In this document: in pieces, positions 34,823 to 45,449 of the stretch
Layout: each line of letters starts with the position of its first letter
Position numbering within the stretch: position 1 is the first letter of the stretch
Source: an uncultured Nitrososphaerales archaeon
GTDB taxonomy: Archaea; Thermoproteota; Nitrososphaeria; Nitrososphaerales; Nitrososphaeraceae
Reading direction: 5' to 3'
DNA length: 64,000 nt
NCBI GenBank assembly: GCA_963709405.1
Contig: CAVPXM010000060.1
Coordinates: 1-64,000, forward strand
Notes under the pieces: model-generated
Database searches by the model: none
What the model saw: only the letters and a program-made list of their open reading frames with translations
Told to the model about the DNA's origin: nothing
Translations under genes and position numbers: made by a program

Positions 34823-35591
34823 GTCTAGTACAGTTTATTTTGTCGGATCTGGGCCAGGCGATCCCGACCTTATCACCTTAAAGGCTAAGAAGTTAGTAGA
34901 AATTGCAGATGTTATAGTTTATTCTGGTTCACTTTTAAATCCAGAAATACTAGGATACGCAAAGAAACATGCCAAACTCGTTGACGCAGCTTTGATCGAT
35001 AGAGAAAGAATTTACGAGATTCTTCGAGATTCAACTAGAGAAGGAAAGCTCGCTATACGTTTCCATGATGGTGATCCCGCAATATTTAGTACCATAAGGG
35101 AACAAATTGACAAACTTGAAAGAGATGGATTACATTGTAAGGTAGTTCCAGGAATAACTGCTTTACTTGCTGCCGCTTCAGAATTGAACACCGAACTCAC
35201 TGTTCCTGGGATTACGCAGACGATTATAATAACAAGAGCAGAGTTAAGAACTCCGGTACCCAAAAGAGAGAGTATTGCTGAACTTGCAAAACATGGAGCA
35301 ACAATTGCCTTTTACTTAAGCGTACATTTGATCGCCGAGGTTGTCAATGAGCTTCTCAAAGGAGGGACATATAGTAATGAGACACCTGCTGCTGTAATAT
35401 TTAGGGCAACATGGAAAGATCAAAAAATCATAAAGGGTACGCTGGGCGACATTGCGTATAAAACAAAGGAAGCTAGAATAACCAAGACGGCGGTTGTGAT
35501 CGTAGGAGAGGCCCTCTTGCCTAGAAAATACGAATTTTCAAAAGTATATGATCCGGGCTTCACACACGGTTTTAGAAAAGCTACAAACTGA
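34815..35591 (+). CDS. cbiF: precorrin-4 C11-methyltransferase
   Basis: VYFVGSGPGDPDLIT, YSGSL, RFHDGDPAIF, ELTVPGITQT, SKVYDPGFTHGFR. Confidence 0.93.
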   Translation: MIESSTVYFVGSGPGDPDLITLKAKKLVEIADVIVYSGSLLNPEILGYAKKHAKLVDAALIDRERIYEILRDSTREGKLAIRFHDGDPAIFSTIREQIDKLERDGLHCKVVPGITALLAAASELNTELTVPGITQTIIITRAELRTPVPKRESIAELAKHGATIAFYLSVHLIAEVVNELLKGGTYSNETPAAVIFRATWKDQKIIKGTLGDIAYKTKEARITKTAVVIVGEALLPRKYEFSKVYDPGFTHGFRKATN

Positions 35592-35686
35592 TGATTTTGA
35601 TCCTTGTTTGGATATGATTTAAATTTTAATCCATTACCGCTTCCAAGTCATTATCAACTAGAATTATGAATAGATGGAGGATTTTG

Positions 35687-35956
35687 CTACGATACAATAG
35701 CCTTTTGATCTTCAACAAAAGACATCAAGCGCGCAGTTATTCTATCTGAAATTGCGAATAACGCAAAATGCAAGCCGAAGCCTATTAAAGCGCTGACTAG
35801 TATATTAGATGTAATATCATAACAGCCCATGAATAATCCAATAGGAGGGAGAGCCAAAATCAATGCTAATGACGTGCTAACCCAAACAGATTTTGTCATT
35901 AGCTCAGGAGTTATATTTTCATATTTTTTAGAGAACAAAAGTCTTGATCTATTCAA
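35687..35956 (-). CDS. small two-TM membrane protein
   Basis: Two hydrophobic helices; resembles 36845..37090. Confidence 0.65.
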   Translation of the reverse strand: MNRSRLLFSKKYENITPELMTKSVWVSTSLALILALPPIGLFMGCYDITSNILVSALIGFGLHFALFAISDRITARLMSFVEDQKAIVS

Positions 35957-36261
35957 TAACTACGCATACAATAGCGAATGATAGGGACATATTAACATTA
36001 ACATAATAATTCTCATAATTTATATTATCATAATTGAATGAAATTATGCCATAAGCGAATTATATTGCAAATTATAAATTTTGAGGCATTTTATGTTAAA
36101 ATATTATATACTTTAATAAATGACCGATCTATCATGAAAATACTATTAGATAAAATATTGCTAATTATGAACATTTTTTGATAAAAAACTTCATATTTAG
36201 AAATTTTTTATTAATATGTTATTAGTTAATTTTATTTAACTGTTAGTGTTTACTAAATAAG

Positions 36262-36738
36262 ATGGATCCTTTAATGCAAGAAAACATACTCAACAAGAGA
36301 CATAATAATTTGTTAGATATGTTTGAAAGAGACGTCGCCCCATGCGACAAGATCTCTGAACTTTCAATGGTAATGACTCCAGTAGGTATCATCTCTTCGA
36401 TCTTAGTTCCACTCTTGTTATACCGGCTTTTAGTTCATGGTAATCCATATACTGCTATTACTGTTTTTCCATATTTTTATTTGGTCGTCGGTGGCATATT
36501 GACTACGTTGCTGTTAACTAGATCAGCCATAGTATATGCTGATCACAAGAAACATCAAATATCTAGGACAATATATCGACCTATTACCGGTTTTTGTATG
36601 TGTGATCTTAGTATGCTTCGGTCGCATACAAAAAAAGTGGAAGGAGCTAGAACAATTGGAGAAAGAATAAGATATGTAAAACTTGTAAACTATTATACTG
36701 ACAAAATCATACGAGAGCGGGACATCATAAATAAGTAA
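36262..36738 (+). CDS. hypothetical two-TM protein with CxC motif
   Basis: 158-aa ATG ORF, GFCMCD motif. Confidence 0.65.
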   Translation: MDPLMQENILNKRHNNLLDMFERDVAPCDKISELSMVMTPVGIISSILVPLLLYRLLVHGNPYTAITVFPYFYLVVGGILTTLLLTRSAIVYADHKKHQISRTIYRPITGFCMCDLSMLRSHTKKVEGARTIGERIRYVKLVNYYTDKIIRERDIINK

Positions 36739-36844
36739 CGATAGTCTGATATCTGGCTTTTCTTCAGTTAACTTGATCCTTGTATGCTTAAGTATGCTAA
36801 TTTACATTTTAGTGCCAAGTTTGCATAAGGAGTAGATATCAGTT

Positions 36845-37090
36845 TTGAACGACGACCTTAATAAATCGGCCAAGATGAGTGTAACAAAAATATTTGCATT
36901 ATCCACACTCCTTGCAGTTATTATTACAGTTCCTGCTATAGTTCTAACGTTACTGCTTCTTTATGTCGCAAAATTGAATACTGTAACGACAATGATAATA
37001 GGTATTTTGACGTTTCTTGCTACCATGGGTTTTGGATTCAAGATTTCTAAACGGCTGATCCCCGGTGATAAGAGTACTATAGATATGTGA
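36845..37090 (+). CDS. small two-TM membrane protein
   Basis: Two hydrophobic helices; resembles 35687..35956. Confidence 0.65.
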   Translation: MNDDLNKSAKMSVTKIFALSTLLAVIITVPAIVLTLLLLYVAKLNTVTTMIIGILTFLATMGFGFKISKRLIPGDKSTIDM

Positions 37091-37539
37091 AGAATAGAAC
37101 AACGCGTTGAAAATTAGATCGATCTATTTTCAGTGCTACAACCGACGTTTGTCTTGGACGAGGTATCAATTAATTTTGATATGCATCTAACACGTTGATT
37201 AATTTGAAGGATCGCCTACTGGTGCATAGAACACAGACACGAAGAGCAAAACGGATAATAAATAATTCATAATTGGTATCCTATGGAGCCTGGGTTTAGG
37301 TAAAAGTGGCCCCAGGATTGCTCGCTTTACCTTTAAGTTATGAATGAAATCTGAAGGAGTAAAACACTCCATTTCGTTTGCAAATTCTTGCTATTTAAAT
37401 AAAAGATTAGAAACCAGGTTTTGCATTCATTAGGTCCGGAAATGCGACTCTTCCATACAGAAAACTGTTCATTTAGATAATAGAGATGGAATGATAACAC
37501 AAACGCTTAAAAAGCATCGTATTTTAATATTGGCTTACT

Positions 37540-37803
37540 ATGACATTACCAAAAGGATTCGGTCAGCAACCAAAAAGTGTGGGGAAAAGGAGTTTTAATG
37601 ATTGGTGGGCTACTGTGCCAGACGATCTCAGAACTAAGAGTCGAAAAGGCGATGAACAGAACAAACCGTTGCTAAATCAAGTTAACTATGTTCTTCTACA
37701 TCTCCATTTGGCTGGAAAACACGACGCGAAGCCCAGTCACGAAGAGCTGAAAGATTGGCTCCACAGTGGCCAGGTAGATGTACTCCGAATGACTAAGAAG
37801 TAG
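37540..37803 (+). CDS. hypothetical protein
   Basis: 87-aa ATG ORF (MTLPKGFG..LLNQVNYVLLHLH..WLHSGQVDV) with TTAAA ~30 bp upstream. Confidence 0.75.
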   Translation: MTLPKGFGQQPKSVGKRSFNDWWATVPDDLRTKSRKGDEQNKPLLNQVNYVLLHLHLAGKHDAKPSHEELKDWLHSGQVDVLRMTKK

Positions 37804-38615
37804 ATCAAAATGAACCACTAGGGTAAACTGGATATCATTCTACATTTTTTATGGTACTCGCGATTTAGGTACAAAGCATTTCTCTGATGGATCATGTCTG
37901 AAAATCCTGACATTAGAATTATTTGTTTGCTAGTACGAGTTGTTGTTAAGTGTGCATTCTCTAACAAGATCGTTAGGAAGCGCAGCTAAGTTGCAGTCCT
38001 ATAAAACTTTAGATGCCCACGATTACTTATTGAAAAATATAGTTGATAGCAAATCATGATTCTGGCTTCACAAATAGATAAGGATCAGTATTAATGCATG
38101 ACTCTACGACAAGGAAGTTTGGAGACTAGATGTGTCATTGTGTGATATCATTTTAAAAAAATGGCAACAATGCCTTGAGCATTAAAGATCTATTTGTCTA
38201 GACGATAAGTATCAAATATTTCCCCATTTCATGTTGAATGGGTAAATAATAGTTAAAGACCTATTTCATATACTATTCAAAATATTCATTTCTTACATAT
38301 CAAGACGACTTAACTGATTACTCACTCAAACCCTTTATTTGGTTTTAGATGCAAGTTCAGATTAAATATCGACAGTGATAGGGTGCAAGAAAGTATTGAC
38401 AATAACTAATTCGAAAAATAACGTAAACGATTAACACGAATTTTATGCCTTCTGATTCATCCAATATACCTATAGATAAGAAAATTCAGGTATAAAATTA
38501 CAGCACTAATATCCTTAAATCAAATATAATCACTATTGTTATTTGAACTTGAAGCAGTACGATTCAATATTATCATTCTCATTACTTTTCGAAGGTTGAA
38601 ATAAGTAATGTATAT

Positions 38616-39002
38616 TTGAATATGTGTTTACCTATTTTCTTTATTTTGATAAACGCTCAACTGTCTATGCAATATACAACTGGCAATGCTTATGCAGAGA
38701 CCTGTTTCAATCATAATATTAGTAATGGCGATGGTGATGTTAATATTGAAACCAGTACTCAATCCTCATGCGATAATTCTCAGGCCCAGTTGCATAATAA
38801 TCAAAATGGTGAAAATTTGGTTATAGGATTTTCAAAAGCTAGTGGCAATAACGCTTGGAATCATATTGATTTATCTTCTACTTCCTCAAATAATCAAAAA
38901 TCAAATAGTTACGATGGCCATAATTACAAAGGTGAAATAAAGAACAATATGGATAAAAATAGCAAGAGTAGTGACACTCCGTTTACCTTACCATTCCCGT
39001 AG
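38616..39002 (+). CDS. hypothetical secreted N/S-rich protein
   Basis: Signal-like N-terminus (AYA), low-complexity body, C-terminal TPFTLPFP. Confidence 0.6.
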   Translation: MNMCLPIFFILINAQLSMQYTTGNAYAETCFNHNISNGDGDVNIETSTQSSCDNSQAQLHNNQNGENLVIGFSKASGNNAWNHIDLSSTSSNNQKSNSYDGHNYKGEIKNNMDKNSKSSDTPFTLPFP

Positions 39003-39009
39003 TATATGG

Positions 39010-39345
39010 TCTTCTTGGACCAAACCTATTATTTAGTCTCAGTTCAAGAATAATCTTTTCCAGTTCTTCGGTTACCCTTCACATTTTTGATATTATGTGG
39101 CTTTCTTGATTGGTTTTTTAATCCATCTAGGCCATATGCATCATATCGTCTCTTCCATTTGTACCATGTTTCTCTCGAAACTCCAAACGCGATGCAAACA
39201 TCCGATATAGTCTTACCTGAACGTTCAGGCTCAATTATCATTCTATACCTATTTTCTATTATATCCATTTGTTATTACACTCCAAGACTGGAGTGTCAAC
39301 TATGTTAGGAAGCTAAAATGTCAACCATGTGTGGAAGCGAGCACA
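39010..39345 (-). mobile_element. IS481-family remnant: left end plus N-terminal HTH of transposase
   Basis: Begins TGT at 39345 with two TTCCnnACATnGTTGACA subterminal repeats; FGVSRETWYKWKRRY..GLDGL..SRKPH, continuing in another frame as ELEKIILELRL..RFGPRR. Confidence 0.8.
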
Positions 39346-39712
39346 GTTTTAAGTATCATTGCCTTGTCTGGTTTCGCATTATTTTCTTAAGTAATATACT
39401 GATAATACCATTAAAATCCATCCTGGCTCAAGATATATCTCAACACGAATAGAATCATACCAATGTCACCGAGAAATCATACGATATTATCTGGCAGGTA
39501 CTACGATTCAATTCGAATGACTTAACTATTTCAAAGTAACCTTAGAGTCTAGCAATTGTATTAATGAATGTTCTCATTTTAAAGTCACTTTAACTTAGTA
39601 TGATTAATGATTGTTGTACCAACAAATCATAGAATATTGAGTTTGTATCTCGAATTACAAAACATTAGAGATGAGGTATGTCCTATCAAGAATTTATTTA
39701 CTAAATCTCTTA

Positions 39713-40785
39713 CTACAAGGCCATTAATTCTACTATTCCGGTCTTATCAGCCTTGTTAGGATGGTCTCTGGGGGTACCATTTGCTCGAATCCCTGCTGCT
39801 ATGGCAGATATATTTCTGACCTCAATTATCATCAGCTTTATAGCAGCAACCATAATTCCCACACTAAACATTGAGCGAAAAGCTCCTATTACGCTACGTA
39901 CACTCATTGCTTCAAAATTTGTCTCTAGCTGCATAATGAACTCAATATCATTTGAAGCGCTTGCTGGAATTATGTCTTTATACACTGTATTGGCAAGTTC
40001 CCCTACAGCCTCAGATATCTTTTCATCGTTAATCATCTTCTGAAGAAGATCTCTTGGAACCTTAGGTGTAGTAGTCACTATCAAGTCCGTTATATCCGAT
40101 GAGCTAAGACCCCAAAACTTGCCTCTCAGGATGGCAAGGATGTTATAAGAATCTATATCAACTGAGGCGATTTTTTTTGCATCAATAGACTGCGATTCTG
40201 CATTCATGGCCCTCCCCAAGTCATGGTAAAAGACATGATCAAGATAAATATCGAACAATCTTAGGTCACCTTTTTCTTTATACGCTGCTGCGGCTTTAGA
40301 CGCATCTTCAGCAAACTCGCTCCCGCAGTAGCTGCTATGGCTTCATCCAAATTCTTGGCAACTAGCGCCTTTACAAGGATATCTCTCCTACCCACGAGCT
40401 CCTCAGCTCGAAGATTTACTTTAGACAACAATTCTTCATAAGATTTTCCTAGAGCCTTTCCCTTCAAGACTATTTTTAAATTCCAAATTATGTATTTCAC
40501 AAAATAAGCATTTAGAATTCCTGAACCACCGGTAATGCTAACCATTTTAGCGTGACTATTTACCAAATACTCTCTCAGCGCTCCTTCAATTTTTTCAGCA
40601 GTATATGGCTTAACCAATTTTGCGAACGCATCCAAGTAAACAGTGTTCTTTATTCTAGTAACCAACTCATCCATGTCGCGAGATTCCGCGAGCGTTTGTA
40701 ATTCGCTTTTCGAAAGCATCCTGCCTCTTATACCATGTGAAAGTACCGTACCGAAAATCTTGGCGGGAAAACTGATCTTGCTCAT
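39713..40785 (-). CDS. atpC: ATP synthase subunit C (V0 d-like), split by frameshifts
   Basis: GIRGRMLS, IWNLKIVLKGK, DIDSYNILAILRGK, EVRNISAIAAG. Confidence 0.88.
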
Positions 40786-40942
40786 ATCAAGCTAGTAACC
40801 AAGGTTTTGATCCTTTAACCTATATAAGAATCTTAATTCAGTGCATGGTTAAGTGAATCGAGATTTAGCGATTAGTGAGGAGAAACATCATAGATTGTCT
40901 GTGCACTATTTCACATTGATATTCTTTCAATCTCATTTCTTT

Positions 40943-41206
40943 CTACTGACGTCCATGCTCCCATACCAGATTGATCCCCCCATCATGTTTACCCATAATT
41001 TCGCTAACTATTATTTCACGTGCAGACATTGGCGGCCACACCATTGCTACATATTCTCCTGCTTCTCCAGCCTTGTCAAGATTAGCAAATTGCATGCGTT
41101 CTGATTTGAACCCATTGGATACTAGTTTTTCTCTAACTTTTTCTTCCAGTTGCTTTTGGCCATGAACAATCAGATAGATAGTTTTAGTGTGATCTACGTT
41201 TATCAT
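40943..41206 (-). CDS. hypothetical protein (C-terminus probably frameshifted)
   Basis: 87-aa ORF; an alternative frame continues GMGAWTSVE. Confidence 0.6.
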   Translation of the reverse strand: MINVDHTKTIYLIVHGQKQLEEKVREKLVSNGFKSERMQFANLDKAGEAGEYVAMVWPPMSAREIIVSEIMGKHDGGINLVWEHGRQ

Positions 41207-41279
41207 GCGTATTTAATTGAGTCAACTGATGCATTCATAATGTATAAACGTGTTGGTATTGTGAACTGATTCATTACTT

Positions 41280-41861
41280 ATGAGCGTTGTAAGCGACTGC
41301 TATATGAATATGATTCTTCCAGAAGATATCTCGATCAGGATAAGGAATTTTGTAATGGGAGAACAGGATTTTCCCTATATCAAAGAAAGTGAGTTAGCAT
41401 GTATATTATATGTCTATGGTAAAGATCACAAAGTTAAAACTGAATTGGGTGTCAAGGAAGCAGTCGATCTTGCTGAGCGTACAGCTGCAAACTTTGCTAA
41501 AGAAATTGAATATTATAAAAATTCAATAACAAGATTCGATTCAGAAGTTATCAAGAGTAAATATATTAGAAGGGAATTACAAATACTGCAAGATCATCAC
41601 ATTTCCAAACCTCAAATATGGAACGATCCTACCATTTTATCAGATTCTTTTGCGCGGCATATTTCATTCTATAGACAGGAATATTTTTTTCAGGTATATG
41701 GTCCACTAAAGGAATCTGAACTGTTAATGGATATACGAGAGAATCTGGTTGACAGGATAGTGATGATAGGCTTTAATAGAAAAGACGAGAGTGCAATCCC
41801 TTTTCAACATCCAATGATACCTGCATATATTTGGTTCAGAGATAATATGAAGCATAAATGA
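41280..41861 (+). CDS. hypothetical protein
   Basis: 193-aa ATG ORF; TATAAA upstream. Confidence 0.75.
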   Translation: MSVVSDCYMNMILPEDISIRIRNFVMGEQDFPYIKESELACILYVYGKDHKVKTELGVKEAVDLAERTAANFAKEIEYYKNSITRFDSEVIKSKYIRRELQILQDHHISKPQIWNDPTILSDSFARHISFYRQEYFFQVYGPLKESELLMDIRENLVDRIVMIGFNRKDESAIPFQHPMIPAYIWFRDNMKHK

Positions 41862-42004
41862 ACAGTTATGTGATTAGATATATTGGTAGTATCATTTCTC
41901 TCCCAACTCGTAGAAGGTGCAATTTTTCTATTATAGTAGGTAATCTAATAGTGTTTCCATTATTGACGTCGCATCTTAATTGGGTTTAGGCAAAATTACG
42001 ACAC

Positions 42005-42859
42005 TTGCCGACGGATGACTGGCATAACTATATGTACGTAAAAAATCCTTTACCAGTATTATTGTTAAATAATCCTATAGCGGTGTTTGACTCTGGTATT
42101 GGCTCTTTGTCAATAGTACGGGAGCTGAGGAAAGTAATTCCCAGCGAGAATTTGTTGTACTTGGCAGATAAGTCTAATTTTCCGTATGGCAGCAAGTCAC
42201 ACAAGGATCTGCTTGACATTATATTTCGGACGATCAAATACCTTAGTCGATACAGACCCAAATTGGTCATCATCGCATCCAATACACCTTCTATTCAAGT
42301 ATTAGACGAAGTTAGGAAAAGAGTAGATCTCTCAATAATAGGCGTAAGGCCCCCGTTAAGACAAGCTTGCATGTTAACGAAGAAAAAGCATATCGGTATA
42401 ATGGCAACTGCAGGAGCGCTGAAAAGCAACGGACTGGAAAGCCTAATTCGAAAAGAAGTCCCACAAAACATATTCATCACTAAAATTAATGCCTCAGCAG
42501 TAATTCAATTAATTGAAAATGGCACTTACCTAACAAATGAAAAGCTAACTTTTAAGACGCTATTGCAAATAGTCGGAGACGAGCTTGATGATAAAATTGA
42601 CGTCATAACTTTATCAAGCACTCATCTTCCATTTGTAAAAAATTACCTTGTTGCTTTGTTGCCTAAAGTCAAATTTCTTGATCCTGCTAAGATAGTGGCA
42701 CAAGAGGTGAGAAAATCTCTAAAGTTTAATAGAATGTTAAGAAAGAGCGGCAATGGACAATTAGAAATCCAAGTTTCAGATGGAAAAAGGGAATTTGAGA
42801 GAATCCTCCACGCAATGGATATACGAGAGCCAATAAGAGAGGTCTTTCTACCTACGTAA
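42005..42859 (+). CDS. glutamate racemase-like protein (Asp/Glu racemase family) with Ser at both catalytic positions
   Basis: IAVFDSGIGSLS, YLAD..NFPYGSKS, ASNT (canonical ACNT), SSTHLP (canonical GCTHYP). Confidence 0.85.
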   Translation: MPTDDWHNYMYVKNPLPVLLLNNPIAVFDSGIGSLSIVRELRKVIPSENLLYLADKSNFPYGSKSHKDLLDIIFRTIKYLSRYRPKLVIIASNTPSIQVLDEVRKRVDLSIIGVRPPLRQACMLTKKKHIGIMATAGALKSNGLESLIRKEVPQNIFITKINASAVIQLIENGTYLTNEKLTFKTLLQIVGDELDDKIDVITLSSTHLPFVKNYLVALLPKVKFLDPAKIVAQEVRKSLKFNRMLRKSGNGQLEIQVSDGKREFERILHAMDIREPIREVFLPT

Positions 42860-42924
42860 TATTATTTTGCAGATTTAGAAGGGATTTTCAGATATCGTTT
42901 AAATAATCGACCCTGGTTCTTGAA

Positions 42925-42938
42925 TTAGGCACACCTAA
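42925..42938. promoter_or_regulatory. TTAGG-N4-CCTAA operator (DtxR/SirR-like)
   Basis: TTAGGCACACCTAA between TTTAAATA (42898-42905) and ATG 42950. Confidence 0.6.
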
Positions 42939-42949
42939 CGGTCTTTGGT

Positions 42950-45077
42950 ATGAGTAAAAGAATAAGAGTTGGAATTGATGTCGGAGGAACATTTACTAAG
43001 GCTGTTGCATTAGACATTTCTAATTGCAGCATTATTGGTAAAGTGACTGTACCAACTACGCATGGGTCTGAGGAAGGAGTATCATCAGGCATCTTAATGG
43101 CACTCAAGACCCTCTTGAATAAGTGGAATCTGCAGCATTGTCAAATCGAATTAATCGCTCATAGTACGACTCAAGCAGTTAATGCGTTGTTGGAGGGAGA
43201 TACTGCGAAAGTTGGAATCATAGGCATGGGGGTAGGATTAGAAAAATCTAATATCATAAGACGCACAAACATCCATAATATAAAATTAGCTTCACATAAA
43301 TATCTTCAAACGTTCTATCGATTTTTAGATACCTCGAAATATTTAGAAGAAAAGGACGTAATGTCAGCAATCGACCAGCTTAAACAGGAGGGGGCAGAGG
43401 TGCTTGTGGTAAGCGAAGCATATGGTGTGGATGACCCTAGCAACGAACTTTTCGTTATGAAAAAATCTGATATTCCATCAACTGCAGGTCATGAACTCAC
43501 TGGGATCTATGGACTTGAGATCCGGACATTGACTGCTGCTATCAATGCTAGTATCTTACCGAAAGCTATGAATACAGCAAGGTTTGTTGAGTCAGCAGTA
43601 CACAATGAAAACATTGTAGCTCCTATTATGTTGATGAAGGGCGATGGAGGAGTTACCGACATGCAAACATTTCGAAATAAACCCATCCTTACGATTCTCT
43701 CTGGACCGGCGAGCAAGCGTAGCAGGCGCGTTGCTCCACCTATCAGTTCTAGATGGAATATTTATTGAAGTAGGAGGTACATCTACTAATATTTGCGTTA
43801 TAAAGGGAGGCAGACCAGAAATCAACTACGTAACGATAATGGAACATCCGACTTGTATTCGTTCACTGGATGTTAGAGTTGCTGGCGTAGCAGGGGGCTC
43901 TCTAATACGTTGGTCAGGAAGAAAAATAACCGATGTTGGTCCCCGTTCAGCACACATCGCGAATCTGCCATATTCCTGTTTTGCAAATCCTGAAGAGTTA
44001 GAGAATGGCCAGATAATTACATTTAGACCTAAGGATGGCGATCCAATTGATTACGTCGCAATAGAGACGGGTGGTTCGAATCGTTATGCTATTACTAATA
44101 CTTGCGCAGCGAACGCGTTGGGATTGATTCCTGATGAAGATTACGCAAAAGGTAATCAAAGATCTGCTAATATCGCCTTATCAATACTAGCTCGGAGGAT
44201 GGGCATGGAGATGAAAGATGTGGCAGAGTCAATCCTCGAGATTTCGGCCAAAAAAATCATCAGGATAATGGAACCCATGTTAAGAGCATACAATCTGAAA
44301 TCAGATAGTATTTCGTTAGTTGGCGGGGGTGGCGGTGCATCTGTTCTAGTCCCATATTTAGCTCGAAAACTTCGATTACCGTTTCAAATTGCAGAAAACG
44401 CAGAGGTAATATCATCCATAGGGGTTGCTTCAGCCATGATCAGGGAAGAACGTGAAAGAACTATAAATAATCCTAATTCCAGTGATGTTACTTCGTTAGC
44501 TGAAGAAGTGAAAAAGTTAGCGCTTGATAGAGGGGTTTCCCCTGAATCGCTTGTTATCGAATCAGAATTTATTAGTGAAAGATCCGTACTGCGTGCGATT
44601 GCTACGGGTAATGTGATTCTAGACATTGGTTCATCAAATACAGAAGAAATCGATGAAGAACAGGCCCGAATATTAGCATGTGAGTTATTTGGTATTAATC
44701 AAGGCGTCCAAAAGATATATGACATGAAGAATTATCACGTCTTTGCCTGCGAAATCAACAAAAAAAAGTTGTTCCTAAAATCGAAAAGGAGACCTGCTCT
44801 AGTGCTTGATAACCATGGCCGTGTAAAATTGTCAATAGATAACGCCTCTATTTTTAATGGAAGTCCCAAGGATGTCGCTGATAAAATAGAGAGTTTACTT
44901 GAACAATCACAAGAACCGGCAAATGATGGAAAACTAGCTCCTCAGGTTCATCTACTGGATGGCACCAAAATTGTCGATTTCTCAAGTTTAACTTCCAGAG
45001 ATCACGTGTCAAAGGCGATACGAGATGAATTAGATAAATCTACCAGTATTCAGGTTGTAGCCATTATAAAGCTATAG
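42950..45077 (+). CDS. hydantoinase/oxoprolinase-family ASKHA ATPase, frameshift ~43712
   Basis: GIDVGGTFT, HSTTQAVNALLEG, RTLTAAINA, ILSGPA/ASVAGA, EVGGTSTNI, GGGGGA. Confidence 0.88.
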
Positions 45078-45449
45078 AGATTTACGCTCCATGCAACATA
45101 ATTATTGAATGTTCTGGTTCATGTGTTCTGTATACATTGTTTGCCACCATATATAGTAGCTAGATATCTTTCTTTTTCCATTCATCTTCTGGGTCTTTGA
45201 TTTTAACTACAATATTTGATATGTATTGGTGAGTTTTGGCCAATAATTTTCTGTAACAACCATGATAGGCGTTCGATCAAATACGAGGTGGAAATGGTAT
45301 GTGAATTTAGAGTTATGTATTCACCTAAATAGAACCACTTTAGTAAAGATATAATCATATAGACTATGCCTTAATTGGTCTGTAATTACTCTTAAATTAA
45401 CTATACCCCTGAATCGTTAGACAGATATAATCACGAGTGCAATGTCACA

